Below the pieces are notes generated by a model that worked only from the letters and a program-made list of their open reading frames with translations, was not told the DNA's origin and searched no databases. Both the position numbers and the translations under genes were made by a program. Shown here piece by piece: positions 29,963 to 39,643 of a DNA stretch of 44,328 bases. Source of the stretch: an uncultured Bacilli bacterium (GTDB lineage: Bacteria > Bacillota_I > Bacilli_A > RF39 > UBA660); assembly GCA_947632715.1 (NCBI GenBank), contig CANRQF010000003.1, forward strand, positions 1-44,328. The letters are read 5' to 3'. Within the stretch, counting starts at the first letter, position 1. Each line of letters begins with the position of its first letter.

Positions 29963-31408
29963 ATGTCTAAAAATTATATTATAAATAACTATGAATTAGA
30001 TGACTTTCAAATGGAATTAATAAATTCTAACAATAATTCTATAGTCATTGCAGGTGCAGGTGCTGGCAAAACATTAACAATCTTAGGAAAAGTTAAGTTT
30101 CTTATTGAAAACGATAAAATAAATCCATCAGAAATAGCAATAATTTCTTTTACAAATGCCTCTACAAATGACATAAAAAGGAAATTAAATTTTAATGTCA
30201 ATGTTTTTACTTTCCATAAATTAGCAATAGAAATACTAAAAAGGAATAAATTAGAATATAATATATGCTCTGACAATTTATTACCATACATTACAAGCGA
30301 ATATTTACACACTTGTGATATTACAAATCAAAACTTAATTCTTAAATTTTTAAAAATCAAAATCTCTTATTCTCAATTTTTAAAATCGCCCCAATTTTCA
30401 GCATTTCATAAATTTATTATAACTTTTATAAATCTATGGAAAACCAACAATTACAATTACAACAATATTAAAAATATTAAATTAGCAAAACTGGAGAAAA
30501 AAGTATTAACTGTGATATTTACCATCTATCAAAATTATATTATTGAAAAAGCGAGTACAAATAGCTATGACTTTGATGATTTAATAATTAAAGCGACACA
30601 ATTATCATTTAATTCTAATTTTAAATACATCATTATTGACGAATTTCAAGACACATCTTTTATTAGATTAAATTTAATCAAAGAGCTTTGCAAAAAGAAT
30701 AACTGCAAAATCATCGTAGTTGGTGATGATTGGCAATCAATATATCGATTCAGTGGTTGTGATTTAAATATATTTATAAATTTCCACAAACATTTTAATA
30801 ACGTCAAAACGATCAAATTGGTAAATACTTATCGAAATAGTCAAGAATTAATCAATATAGCCTCCGAATTTGTCATGCGAAATCATAAACAAATTAAAAA
30901 AAAATTAAAATCCTCAATTCATATAAATTCTCCATTAATATTTGCTCCATACACCAAAAAAGCAGATTCTCTTAAAGCAATTTTAACCCATCTATATAAA
31001 TTAAGTAACGATATAATGATTTTAACAAGAAATAATCAAGATATTTACGAATATATTGACAAAGATTTTATACTTCTTAACAATGAACTAATATATAATG
31101 ACCATATAAACAAATTTTACACCATTCACAAATCTAAAGGACTTGAAAGCGAGTATGTAATATTATTAAATTGTAACAATGAAATTTTAGGCATTCCAAA
31201 TCAAATAGAAAATCATCCTCTTATTGACAAAATATTTTCCAATAATGAAATAAAATTTGCTGAAGAAAGGCGTTTATTTTATGTAGCAATAACACGTTGC
31301 AAAAAACAAACTATATTAATGTATGATAAAAACAATCCTTCGGTATTCATAAAAGAAATTAAAAGGATTGTTATAAAACAATTAGGAAAAATTGAATATT
31401 TTAAATAG
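29963..31408 (+). CDS. compact UvrD/helicase IV-like SF1 helicase
   Basis: AGAGAGKT, DEFQD, VGDDWQSIYRFSG, TIHKSKGLE, EERRLFYVAITR. Confidence 0.9.
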   Translation: MSKNYIINNYELDDFQMELINSNNNSIVIAGAGAGKTLTILGKVKFLIENDKINPSEIAIISFTNASTNDIKRKLNFNVNVFTFHKLAIEILKRNKLEYNICSDNLLPYITSEYLHTCDITNQNLILKFLKIKISYSQFLKSPQFSAFHKFIITFINLWKTNNYNYNNIKNIKLAKLEKKVLTVIFTIYQNYIIEKASTNSYDFDDLIIKATQLSFNSNFKYIIIDEFQDTSFIRLNLIKELCKKNNCKIIVVGDDWQSIYRFSGCDLNIFINFHKHFNNVKTIKLVNTYRNSQELINIASEFVMRNHKQIKKKLKSSIHINSPLIFAPYTKKADSLKAILTHLYKLSNDIMILTRNNQDIYEYIDKDFILLNNELIYNDHINKFYTIHKSKGLESEYVILLNCNNEILGIPNQIENHPLIDKIFSNNEIKFAEERRLFYVAITRCKKQTILMYDKNNPSVFIKEIKRIVIKQLGKIEYFK

Positions 31409-31409
31409 T

Positions 31410-32297
31410 TTACTTAGTCATAAATTTTTTCAAACCTTCTAAACTGAAAATTATAACCCCACCTAGAACAAAATACAGAAAATTGAACGTTTCAAATGTT
31501 ACAAATTTTAGAGGTACATCAAGGGTTGTCGGTCCCATTATAATGGAATAAATTGACGCAATCATCATACCTAAAATAGCATAAATTGTGGCACTTCTTT
31601 TTTTATCCAAACAAATTCGCAAAATTCTTGTAAAAAATAGAATACCAAAAATAACACCTAAACCAAAAATAATTAAAATTGGTAAAACACTAAAATCTAA
31701 AGTAATCAATTGTTTTATTTTAGTAACAATCGGAATATATAAGCCGAAAATAAGTAAAATCGTTGAACCTGATATACCTGGTAATATCATTGCCGAAATA
31801 GCAAGCATTGCTGCTAAAAAAACATATAATATTACACCCAAATTAATTTTATCTATACTAAACAAACTACCTGTACCTCGGTTTAAATATGTAATTAAAA
31901 CAACTAGTAAACCACCTAAAATAGTGAAAATTAAATTTCGATAATTACCTTTTAATTCTTTTTTTTCTTCTTTTATGACTATGGGAATAGCAAAAATTAT
32001 AAATCCTATAAATAATGAGCTCATTTCATAAATATGTTTATTAAATAAATTTGCTAAAAATAATACAGCCAATCCCAAACCAACAATCCAACCTATACCT
32101 AATTTTATTAAATATAGCAATGCTTCTTTTTTCTTTTTAATATCACCTCTAAACAAATCGTCTAAAGATTTAATAAATTTATCATAAAATCCCAATATAA
32201 ATGCTACTGTTCCCCCAGAAACTCCCGGTACACTATCAGCAAGCGCCATACAAAAGCCATTAATAAAGTTTATAATATAATCTTTTACTTTTTTCAT
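31410..32297 (-). CDS. DUF368 membrane protein (undecaprenyl-phosphate translocase family)
   Basis: ADSVPGVSGGTVA and AMILPGISGS repeats. Confidence 0.88.
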   Translation of the reverse strand: MKKVKDYIINFINGFCMALADSVPGVSGGTVAFILGFYDKFIKSLDDLFRGDIKKKKEALLYLIKLGIGWIVGLGLAVLFLANLFNKHIYEMSSLFIGFIIFAIPIVIKEEKKELKGNYRNLIFTILGGLLVVLITYLNRGTGSLFSIDKINLGVILYVFLAAMLAISAMILPGISGSTILLIFGLYIPIVTKIKQLITLDFSVLPILIIFGLGVIFGILFFTRILRICLDKKRSATIYAILGMMIASIYSIIMGPTTLDVPLKFVTFETFNFLYFVLGGVIIFSLEGLKKFMTK

Positions 32298-32417
32298 ATC
32301 TAACCTACTTTCCTAAATATTATATCAAAAAGACAATCTATTGCCAAACAAATATGAATAATTAATTTGATTTTATTTTCATCTTTTATTAAATTTATTT
32401 TTTAAAATCGATATAAA

Positions 32418-32900
32418 TTATGCCAACATAATATTTAATTTAAAGCAAGTACTATTTTCCTCATTAATGTTTTCTAAACTAATAGTAGCTTCATTATCAT
32501 AAAAACATAAATAAATATTATCTTTATTCTCTAGCATTTTATTAATAATATTACCCTCTCGTCCCGAATATTCAACATTATTAAAAAAAGTACCTGAACT
32601 GAATCCTTCCAAAAGTTTTCTATTTTCTGGATTATTACCAATAAATAATACTTGACCATAATCATCGATTACATCATAATCTTCTAAATAAGTATAATCA
32701 GTTGCTAATGTGAAAGAATCTTTAAATAGTCCATCGACCATTATTCCTTCTGTATTAACTAAATGAAAAAATTCGTCTTTACTAGTATCAATATATATTT
32801 TATAAAATTTAGGTTGTACTAAATAAATTGTTACACCAAAACAAACAATAAGAAAAACTATTCCAATTCCAAATAAAATAATTTTTTGCCATTTTTTCAT
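32418..32900 (-). CDS. hypothetical protein, N-terminal TM
   Basis: 160-aa ORF, SD AGAGG. Confidence 0.7.
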   Translation of the reverse strand: MKKWQKIILFGIGIVFLIVCFGVTIYLVQPKFYKIYIDTSKDEFFHLVNTEGIMVDGLFKDSFTLATDYTYLEDYDVIDDYGQVLFIGNNPENRKLLEGFSSGTFFNNVEYSGREGNIINKMLENKDNIYLCFYDNEATISLENINEENSTCFKLNIMLA

Positions 32901-33040
32901 AAATTTCTCTACCTCTATTTCTTTATTTAATTATATAATACTTTTTATACATATGCTACTTTAAAATCTTTAGTAAAATATGAAATGTTTTTTTCTATAT
33001 AAAAAGCCGGTTTATTTAATCAGCTTCTAAATTCAAAAAA

Positions 33041-33117
33041 TGGTGTTCTCGGGGAGAATTGAACTCCCGACCTATCGCTTAGGAGGCAATCGCTCTATCC
33101 TACTGAGCTACGAGAAC
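33041..33117 (-). tRNA. tRNA-Arg(CCU)
   Basis: Loop CTCCTAA, A20, CCA. Confidence 0.93.
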
Positions 33118-33182
33118 AACTAAGTAAATTTTAACACAAAAAAGGCCAAATAAAAAGAGATTTAAAATACTATCAAATCTCT

Positions 33183-33530
33183 TTAATCTTTTGCTTTAAA
33201 TATGAGAGTAAAAACAAAAGAAAAGACAACTACACTTACAATAGCAATACCTGATGAACACAACATATTAGAAAATAATCCTAATATACCACTTTCTTCA
33301 TAACCAGCAAGCCCTGCTGAATACAACATATGACCAAAATTTGCAATTAAAACGGTAGCACCGGCACCAAAACAAGCAACAATTTTATCATATATTCCGA
33401 AAAATGAAAGTATTGCGCCGATAACTGTTACACTACTTGTAATATGTCCTGGAGTAAGTGTTGTATTATCAAGTACTACCTGGCAAATAAGACAAACAAG
33501 TCCGGAAAAAATGAATGCCTGTAAATACAT
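33183..33530 (-). CDS. spoVAE: stage V sporulation protein AE (SpoVAEb)
   Basis: AF..SGLVCLICQ, LTPGHI, GAGATV...FG. Confidence 0.88.
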   Translation of the reverse strand: MYLQAFIFSGLVCLICQVVLDNTTLTPGHITSSVTVIGAILSFFGIYDKIVACFGAGATVLIANFGHMLYSAGLAGYEESGILGLFSNMLCSSGIAIVSVVVFSFVFTLIFKAKD

Positions 33531-34504
33531 TATAAAACCTCCAAACTAACTGCATGAGCAATCGCAGGAATAGGACTTTTTTGATTTACAAATGTTTTGC
33601 TATGTAAAGCACCAGTTCCAATAATTAATATTTTTTTATATTTCTTTTGCGTAAGTATTTTATTAAAAAGAACCAGTGGTAAACAAGCAGGTCCACTTCC
33701 ACCAGAATAAGTTTCTTGACTTTTTAGATATAATTCACATCCTGCATCCATATGATTTTTAATTTTCAAGTTATATTCTAAAAGTGCAAATTCTTTAAAT
33801 ATACTTCCACCAACACATCCTAAATCACCAGTTAATATTAAATCGTAATAATCAACATCTCTTTTCATATCTATTAAATGCTCATTTAAAGTTCTTGCAG
33901 CAGCGGGAGCCATTACTGCTCCTAAATTATTAGCATCTTTAATTCCCATTTCTGTAACTTTACCAATTGTGGCTGATTCTATTTTTATTTTACCAGTTGT
34001 TTTCGATAAAAGTGTACTAATACCTGCTGTTGAAGTAAATGTCGATGTATGAGGTTTCGGAGTTCCATATTCAATCGGATATCTAAATTGTCTTTCCGCA
34101 CTTAAATTATGAGAGCTTGTTACACCTAAAACCGTCTTTATATTACGATCACTTAGGAAAGTACTACCCACAATTAATGATTCAGGAAAAGTTGCACAAG
34201 CACTATATATACCTAAAAGAGAGATGGGCATATTAACACTTGCATAACTTGTGGCAGAGATTTGATCTAGTAAATCACCACCTACAAGTAAATCAATATC
34301 ATTTGGTTTTAACTTATTCTTTTCCAAAATTTTTTGCATAACTACCCTTTGCATTTTAGCTTCCGCTTTTTCAAATGTTTTTTCACCATAATAATAATCT
34401 TTCATTTGTAAATCTACTTTTTTTAATTTACTATTACTTTCAAGTGGTCCTGATATAGTTAACCAATCATTTAAATAAACATTATTATATTTGATACTAG
34501 CCAT
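33530..34504 (-). CDS. spoVAD: stage V sporulation protein AD
   Basis: GGDLLDQ, SSHN.SAERQFRYP.EYG, MAPAA, TGDLG, GGSG.AC. Confidence 0.93.
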   Translation of the reverse strand: MASIKYNNVYLNDWLTISGPLESNSKLKKVDLQMKDYYYGEKTFEKAEAKMQRVVMQKILEKNKLKPNDIDLLVGGDLLDQISATSYASVNMPISLLGIYSACATFPESLIVGSTFLSDRNIKTVLGVTSSHNLSAERQFRYPIEYGTPKPHTSTFTSTAGISTLLSKTTGKIKIESATIGKVTEMGIKDANNLGAVMAPAAARTLNEHLIDMKRDVDYYDLILTGDLGCVGGSIFKEFALLEYNLKIKNHMDAGCELYLKSQETYSGGSGPACLPLVLFNKILTQKKYKKILIIGTGALHSKTFVNQKSPIPAIAHAVSLEVL

Positions 34505-34934
34505 ATAACATCACCTTTATAAGTATTAAAATAAAAGCACTAACTATACCATATAAAATAACTGATCCAGCTAATTTGAATACATTAGCACCTATTCCGG
34601 TTACTAAACCATCCCTTTTATAATCTAGGGCTGCACTTTGGACACTATGCGCAAATCCCGTTGTAGGAATTATAAGACCACATTTTGCTTTTTGAACCCA
34701 GTTATCAAATTTACCAATTGCAGTTATAAAAGTAGCAAATAAAATTAAAATAAAAGCTAACCAAGCATAAGAGTCTACTCTTGCAAGGCCAAATGATTCC
34801 ATTAATATATTGACTATTACTTCACCAAGAAAGCCAACTGAACCACCAACTAAAAAAGCAACAAGAGCATTTCTTAATTTAGGTTCTTTGGGACTTAGAC
34901 TTTTAACCAATTTTTGATATTCATCTTTGTTCAT
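34497..34934 (-). CDS. spoVAC: stage V sporulation protein AC
   Basis: AFLVGG, PTTGFA, FKLAGSVILYG. Confidence 0.92.
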   Translation of the reverse strand: MNKDEYQKLVKSLSPKEPKLRNALVAFLVGGSVGFLGEVIVNILMESFGLARVDSYAWLAFILILFATFITAIGKFDNWVQKAKCGLIIPTTGFAHSVQSAALDYKRDGLVTGIGANVFKLAGSVILYGIVSAFILILIKVMLYG

Positions 34935-34948
34935 TAAATCACCATTTT

Positions 34949-34978
34949 TATTATGAATTCAATTGGTTTATTTTATAC
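34949..34978 (-). promoter_or_regulatory. sigma-G-type promoter for spoVA
   Basis: GTATA-18-CATAATA matches the B. subtilis sigma-G consensus GHATR-18-CATAHTA. Confidence 0.65.
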
Positions 34979-35617
34979 TTATAAAGTTAAATATTTACGC
35001 ATTTTCGATATTCCTTTCTTCTCATATCTGGAAACCATTACTTGAGTCATATTAAGTTTTTTAGCTACTTCACTTTGCGTTAAATCTTCAAAATATCTTG
35101 ATTTTATAATATTCTTTTCATCTTCATCTAAAACGCTCATTCCTTCATCAATTAGAATTTTTGTATCATAATCTTCTTCCATACCAAGTGTTTCATAAAA
35201 ACTTTTTTCATCATCTTCCTTAATATCTAAAGACATTATGACATTAGCAGAATTACAAGCCATATTTATATCATCTAAACTTATATTTAAAAATTCTGAT
35301 AATTCATAGTTACTAGGTATTTTATTTAATTTTTGGGCTAAAATATATCTAGTTTCTTCTATTTTTTTATATAATTTTAAAATGTCTTTACTTATTTTAA
35401 TGTTTCTATTACTGGCAAGATTGTACATTTCACCAAAAATATAATCATATGCATAAGTTGAAAATTTAGTATTACTATTCTTATCATAATTTTCTAAAGC
35501 TTTTAAAAGTCCAACTACTCCAGCTTGATATAAGTCATTTTTATCAACACCATAAAAGTGGCTGGCTATCTTTCAAATCATTTTTTCATGACTTTGCATG
35601 ATATTATCATTATTTAT
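34979..35617 (-). pseudogene. sigF: SigF-like sporulation sigma factor with in-frame TGA (35575-35573); pseudogene or recoded
   Basis: Frame extends upstream of the track ORF: MQSHEKMI*KIASHFYGVDKNDLYQAGVVGLLKALENYD...FSTYAYDYIFGEM (region 2); region 4 TQSEVAKKLNMTQVMVSRYE. Confidence 0.8.
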
Positions 35618-35620
35618 TTT

Positions 35621-35926
35621 TCATCTCTCCTTTAAATAATCTTTAATATGAAGTCTTTTTAATTTTCCAAATATTTGTTTATTAACTTTGTTTAAGTATA
35701 CAATTCCCTTATAACGATCAATAAGCCATTTGGTTTTAAGAATTGAATCTAAACCATCTTCATCGATACTTTTTAATTTATCTAAATTGTAAATTACTTC
35801 TTTAATTTGATGTTTTTCTAAGATTGGTATTAAATAATTATATATTTTATAAGTAGTATTTTTATTTAAATTACCAACTAAGTTTATAAAAAGTATGCCT
35901 TCTTTATATTCCAATTCCATATCCAT
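35621..35926 (-). CDS. spoIIAA: STAS-domain anti-anti-sigma factor, SpoIIAA-like
   Basis: ILFINLVGNL, NLDKLKSIDEDGL; dacF-spoIIA synteny. Confidence 0.75.
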   Translation of the reverse strand: MDMELEYKEGILFINLVGNLNKNTTYKIYNYLIPILEKHQIKEVIYNLDKLKSIDEDGLDSILKTKWLIDRYKGIVYLNKVNKQIFGKLKRLHIKDYLKER

Positions 35927-36013
35927 ATAGTCCTCGCTACTTATACTGCACTTTTAATATAATACTTATTTTTTTTAATTTAAACACTTCCGACAAATGA
36001 TAGCAAAACAAGA

Positions 36014-36037
36014 CAAAAAAGAACATTTCTGTTCTTT
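36014..36037 (-). terminator. terminator after dacF
   Basis: AAAAGAACA-TTTC-TGTTCTTTT. Confidence 0.65.
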
Positions 36038-36038
36038 T

Positions 36039-37190
36039 CTATAAAATCTTTTTACCCATTAACATGATATCTAAATTGCGTTTAAAATAATCCCAAAGAT
36101 TAGCTTTTTTTATATCTTCACTAATTGTTATACCAATGGTACTAATTAAATTACCTTCGTTATCTATTACTTCTGCTTCTCCTACTTTATCACCTTTTTT
36201 AAGTGGTGCAACTAACTTTTTTATTTTAACATTTATGGTATAGTTTTTAGCTTTATCATTGATTCCTAATATTTCAGTTGCATCATTCATTAGAATTATT
36301 TTAACACTCTCTTTTTTACCTTTTTCTACTCTTACTTCATCTACTACTTTATCTTTTTCAAATATAGTAGATAATTTATATGAATTAAAGCCATAATTTA
36401 ATAATTTAACTGTATCACTTGTTCTATTATTAGTAGAATCTACTCCCATGACTACTGAAATAAGACGCATATCATTTTTCTTAGCAGTTGCTGTTAAACA
36501 ATAACCTGCTGTTTCGGTAAAGCCTGTTTTAAGACCATCTACATCATTATAAAATCGTACTAATTTATTAGTGTTTACTAACCATGTATTTGAGCCATCT
36601 GGTCTTTGCAAATAATCTTCATATATACTTGTATAATTTAAAATATCTGGATATTTTGTTATTAGTTCTTTGGAAATTAAAGCCATATCTCTTGCACTAC
36701 TTACATGTCCTTCAGCATCAAGTCCATGAGGATTTACAAAATGGGTATTTGTACAACCAAGACTTGCACATTTATTATTCATCATTTCTACAAATCCTTC
36801 GGTCGTACCACCAACTTTTTCAGCCATGGCCACAACGGCATCATTTGCACTAGCAATAGCAATCGATTTAATAAGTTCTCTTACTTTATATTCTTCTCCG
36901 GTATTTAAGTAAACTTGACTTCCACCCATTCCACTAGCATTAGCACTTATTAATACTTTATCATCTAAACTCAAATTGCCATTATCTATCGCTTCCATTA
37001 TTAAAAGTAAACTCATTATCTTGGTCATACTAGCTGGAGCTCTTTTAACATCCGCTTCCTTTTCATATAACACTTTACCAGTAGATACTTCCATTAATAT
37101 AGCAGATTCACTATACTCAGTAACATCAACAGCATATACTCTTCCTATACATAAAAAGAAAAAACTAAATATCAATATTATCTTCTTCAA
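36039..37190 (-). CDS. dacF: D-alanyl-D-alanine carboxypeptidase DacF
   Basis: ASMTK (SxxK), SAN, KTG; upstream of spoIIA. Confidence 0.9.
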   Translation of the reverse strand: MKKIILIFSFFFLCIGRVYAVDVTEYSESAILMEVSTGKVLYEKEADVKRAPASMTKIMSLLLIMEAIDNGNLSLDDKVLISANASGMGGSQVYLNTGEEYKVRELIKSIAIASANDAVVAMAEKVGGTTEGFVEMMNNKCASLGCTNTHFVNPHGLDAEGHVSSARDMALISKELITKYPDILNYTSIYEDYLQRPDGSNTWLVNTNKLVRFYNDVDGLKTGFTETAGYCLTATAKKNDMRLISVVMGVDSTNNRTSDTVKLLNYGFNSYKLSTIFEKDKVVDEVRVEKGKKESVKIILMNDATEILGINDKAKNYTINVKIKKLVAPLKKGDKVGEAEVIDNEGNLISTIGITISEDIKKANLWDYFKRNLDIMLMGKKIL

Positions 37191-37262
37191 TTTAACACCT
37201 CTTATTAATTTTTATGCTAAATATTTGATAATATTTATAATTAGTTTTATGTGTTTAAAATT

Positions 37263-37706
37263 TTAATCAAATTCTTTAATAAATCCTAATGAATCTATTT
37301 CATATCCATTCTTTTTATAAAATTCATGAGCATCTACTCTATTATTTTCAGAAGTAAAGCAAATAAATTCACAATTGTATTCTTTGGCAATATTTTCTAC
37401 ATAACTTATAAGTTTGGTAGCAATTCCTTTTCTTCTATACTCCGGATGAACACCAAGCCACCATAACTCCATATATGGTCTTCCTCCATCAAATAAATTG
37501 TAAGCAATAATACATGATACATAGCCAATAATTTTATTAGTTTGATCTTTTACTGCCAAAAATCGATATGAATCTTTCATTTTATGAAGTCTTTTGTATA
37601 AATCTTTTATTTCATTTAAATTCCACTTTTCGTTAAATATTAAATTGTTTAATTCATAACATTCTTCTATATCACTAAATTTTAAGTCTTCTATAAAAAC
37701 ATTCAT
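37263..37706 (-). CDS. GNAT acetyltransferase
   Basis: VHPEYRRKGIA, AHEFYKKNGY. Confidence 0.9.
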   Translation of the reverse strand: MNVFIEDLKFSDIEECYELNNLIFNEKWNLNEIKDLYKRLHKMKDSYRFLAVKDQTNKIIGYVSCIIAYNLFDGGRPYMELWWLGVHPEYRRKGIATKLISYVENIAKEYNCEFICFTSENNRVDAHEFYKKNGYEIDSLGFIKEFD

Positions 37707-37730
37707 TTTTCCCAATCTTATATTTTTTTA

Positions 37731-38291
37731 CTAAATTACCTTAACATAGAAAGACAATTTTGAATAAATATGCTGATGTTCTAAAAATATCTCTACTAAA
37801 TACCTGCCTTTTTTAGTAAGAACTTCTGCTAAATCATCAGTATAATCACCATCATATGCTACATCACCAGATAACCCTTCTTCTGATCCATATACTAATA
37901 TTGATGTAGGTTTTATATTATCAATTTCTTTCATAATTTTATGATTATAATTTACACAACCTATTTTATCTACTCTTCCATTTACATCTAAATAACAATT
38001 GTAACCGGTTATATCCATTTTCATTTCATCACCTAATACCAATTCTGTAGAAGGCGGCTCAACAACTACATCTGCTATATTAGTGAAAGTTAATGTTTTA
38101 GGAATTATATTTATAGTATGTTTTACTTCCATAATCGTTCCAGTGTATTTATCATTTATTTTTAAACGATAAATTGGATTATCATATGGAATATGAACAT
38201 ATATATCAGCATAACCAATAAAAATTTTAAATAAAGTTATTAAAACAATCGAAGTTATTAAAACAATTAAGATTACATCTTTTCTTTTCAT
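37731..38291 (-). CDS. hypothetical membrane-anchored/exported protein
   Basis: N-terminal TM. Confidence 0.7.
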   Translation of the reverse strand: MKRKDVILIVLITSIVLITLFKIFIGYADIYVHIPYDNPIYRLKINDKYTGTIMEVKHTINIIPKTLTFTNIADVVVEPPSTELVLGDEMKMDITGYNCYLDVNGRVDKIGCVNYNHKIMKEIDNIKPTSILVYGSEEGLSGDVAYDGDYTDDLAEVLTKKGRYLVEIFLEHQHIYSKLSFYVKVI

Positions 38292-38295
38292 TCCT

Positions 38296-38328
38296 ACCTC
38301 TTCATTATAATTTCAGTATATCAAAAAT
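38296..38328. repeat. 33-bp direct repeat, copy 1
   Basis: ACCTCTTCATTATAATTTCAGTATATCAAAAAT, identical at 42320-42352. Confidence 0.9.
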
Positions 38329-38358
38329 AAATAGCATTTACAATTATTTATATTTATA

Positions 38359-38429
38359 AAATAAAAAACTAAATATAATTTATTATCTTATTACTAAATT
38401 TTGATAACTTATATATTTAGTTTTTATTA
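38359..38429. terminator. long AT-rich hairpin after the secreted-protein gene
   Basis: AAAAACTAAATATA...TATATTTAGTTTTT. Confidence 0.55.
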
Positions 38430-38461
38430 ATATATTTATAACTTAATGGTATAGAATTTGA

Positions 38462-39376
38462 TTATGTTAATAATGTTAAAGTTGCTGAAAGTCCCTTTGT
38501 ATTATCATATTTACTAGCAACTGAAGAATCAAATTCTATTAAATCACCCATTCCATTATCTCCGAATGTATATTTTTTTGATTGAGCTAAACTAACATCA
38601 GAAGTAGCATGTTGATAGCTTGCTTTTACTGTAAAAGGGTCAGTTCCACATAAGAATACAACAGTAATTGAATTTTCTAAGGATGTCGTAGTATCATTAA
38701 CCAAATTTTGAGATAATCCTAAACCTTTTTTACCAAATAAAGTAGAACTTACTAATTTCCAATTTTCGCTATCTATGTCATAATTTACTATATTTCCATC
38801 CCATTTTTGATAACCACTTCGATGTCCTGAAAAATTAAATGATAAAGATGTAACTTGAGGTGCTATAGCTAAAACATCAAATGATTTAACTTTAGGAATA
38901 GTTTTCCATATATTTGTCAAAGTAACATATTTTGTTGATACAGAAGCTCCATAAGTTATATCTAATGTTATTTTTTTGTAATTTGTTTCAACATAATCAT
39001 GTGCTTCAAATCTTGCACCAGACATCGGAGTAATAACCGCATCTTTAGGTGCTGATTCAAATTCATTTAATGAAAGTTCTTTTTCTGCTGTATTAACAAC
39101 TTGTCCATCTATATAATGAACTGAAGTTTCTACATATTTAGTAGTAGTAACTTTTTTAATATTAGAATCATCTTTTAATTCATCTATCATTTCTTTAGAC
39201 ATTGTATTAATAGTATCATGACTAAATCCTTTTCGTAAATTATTATATTGTATTTCGGTTAACTCAACTCCATTCATAGTAACAAAATATATATCATCTT
39301 GTTCTAAAGCATTAACAGATGTAATATTTAATAACATCATAAATATTGTACATAATAATATTGTAATTTTTTTCAT
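38462..39376 (-). CDS. secreted hypothetical protein
   Basis: Sec signal ending VNA; strong SD AAGGAGAGG. Confidence 0.75.
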   Translation of the reverse strand: MKKITILLCTIFMMLLNITSVNALEQDDIYFVTMNGVELTEIQYNNLRKGFSHDTINTMSKEMIDELKDDSNIKKVTTTKYVETSVHYIDGQVVNTAEKELSLNEFESAPKDAVITPMSGARFEAHDYVETNYKKITLDITYGASVSTKYVTLTNIWKTIPKVKSFDVLAIAPQVTSLSFNFSGHRSGYQKWDGNIVNYDIDSENWKLVSSTLFGKKGLGLSQNLVNDTTTSLENSITVVFLCGTDPFTVKASYQHATSDVSLAQSKKYTFGDNGMGDLIEFDSSVASKYDNTKGLSATLTLLT

Positions 39377-39643
39377 TTCTTTCCTCTCCTTCTTAACACA
39401 TTATTATTATTTTTCTTGTTTAAATTTATATTTTTATCAACTCCTTTTTTATATAAAGACATATCATCTAGAATTAATGTCATTATATTTAATAAAAAAA
39501 AGATAGTAAAACTCATTAAATGAATAATACTACCTTCATCTAGTTATAGATTATCATATATTAAAATATAATTCAATATAATTAAAACAAATTTAAAACC
39601 ATTGACATTTATATGACATTTTCTATTATTTAATTTTTTATCA

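Noticed and set aside
33041-33117. AGG reassignment to Met via tRNA-CCU, as reported for some uncultured Bacilli
   Set aside because: The tRNA keeps the Arg identity base A20, and AGG (31268-31270) codes a conserved Arg in helicase motif EERR; CGG likewise codes the R of YolD DRG
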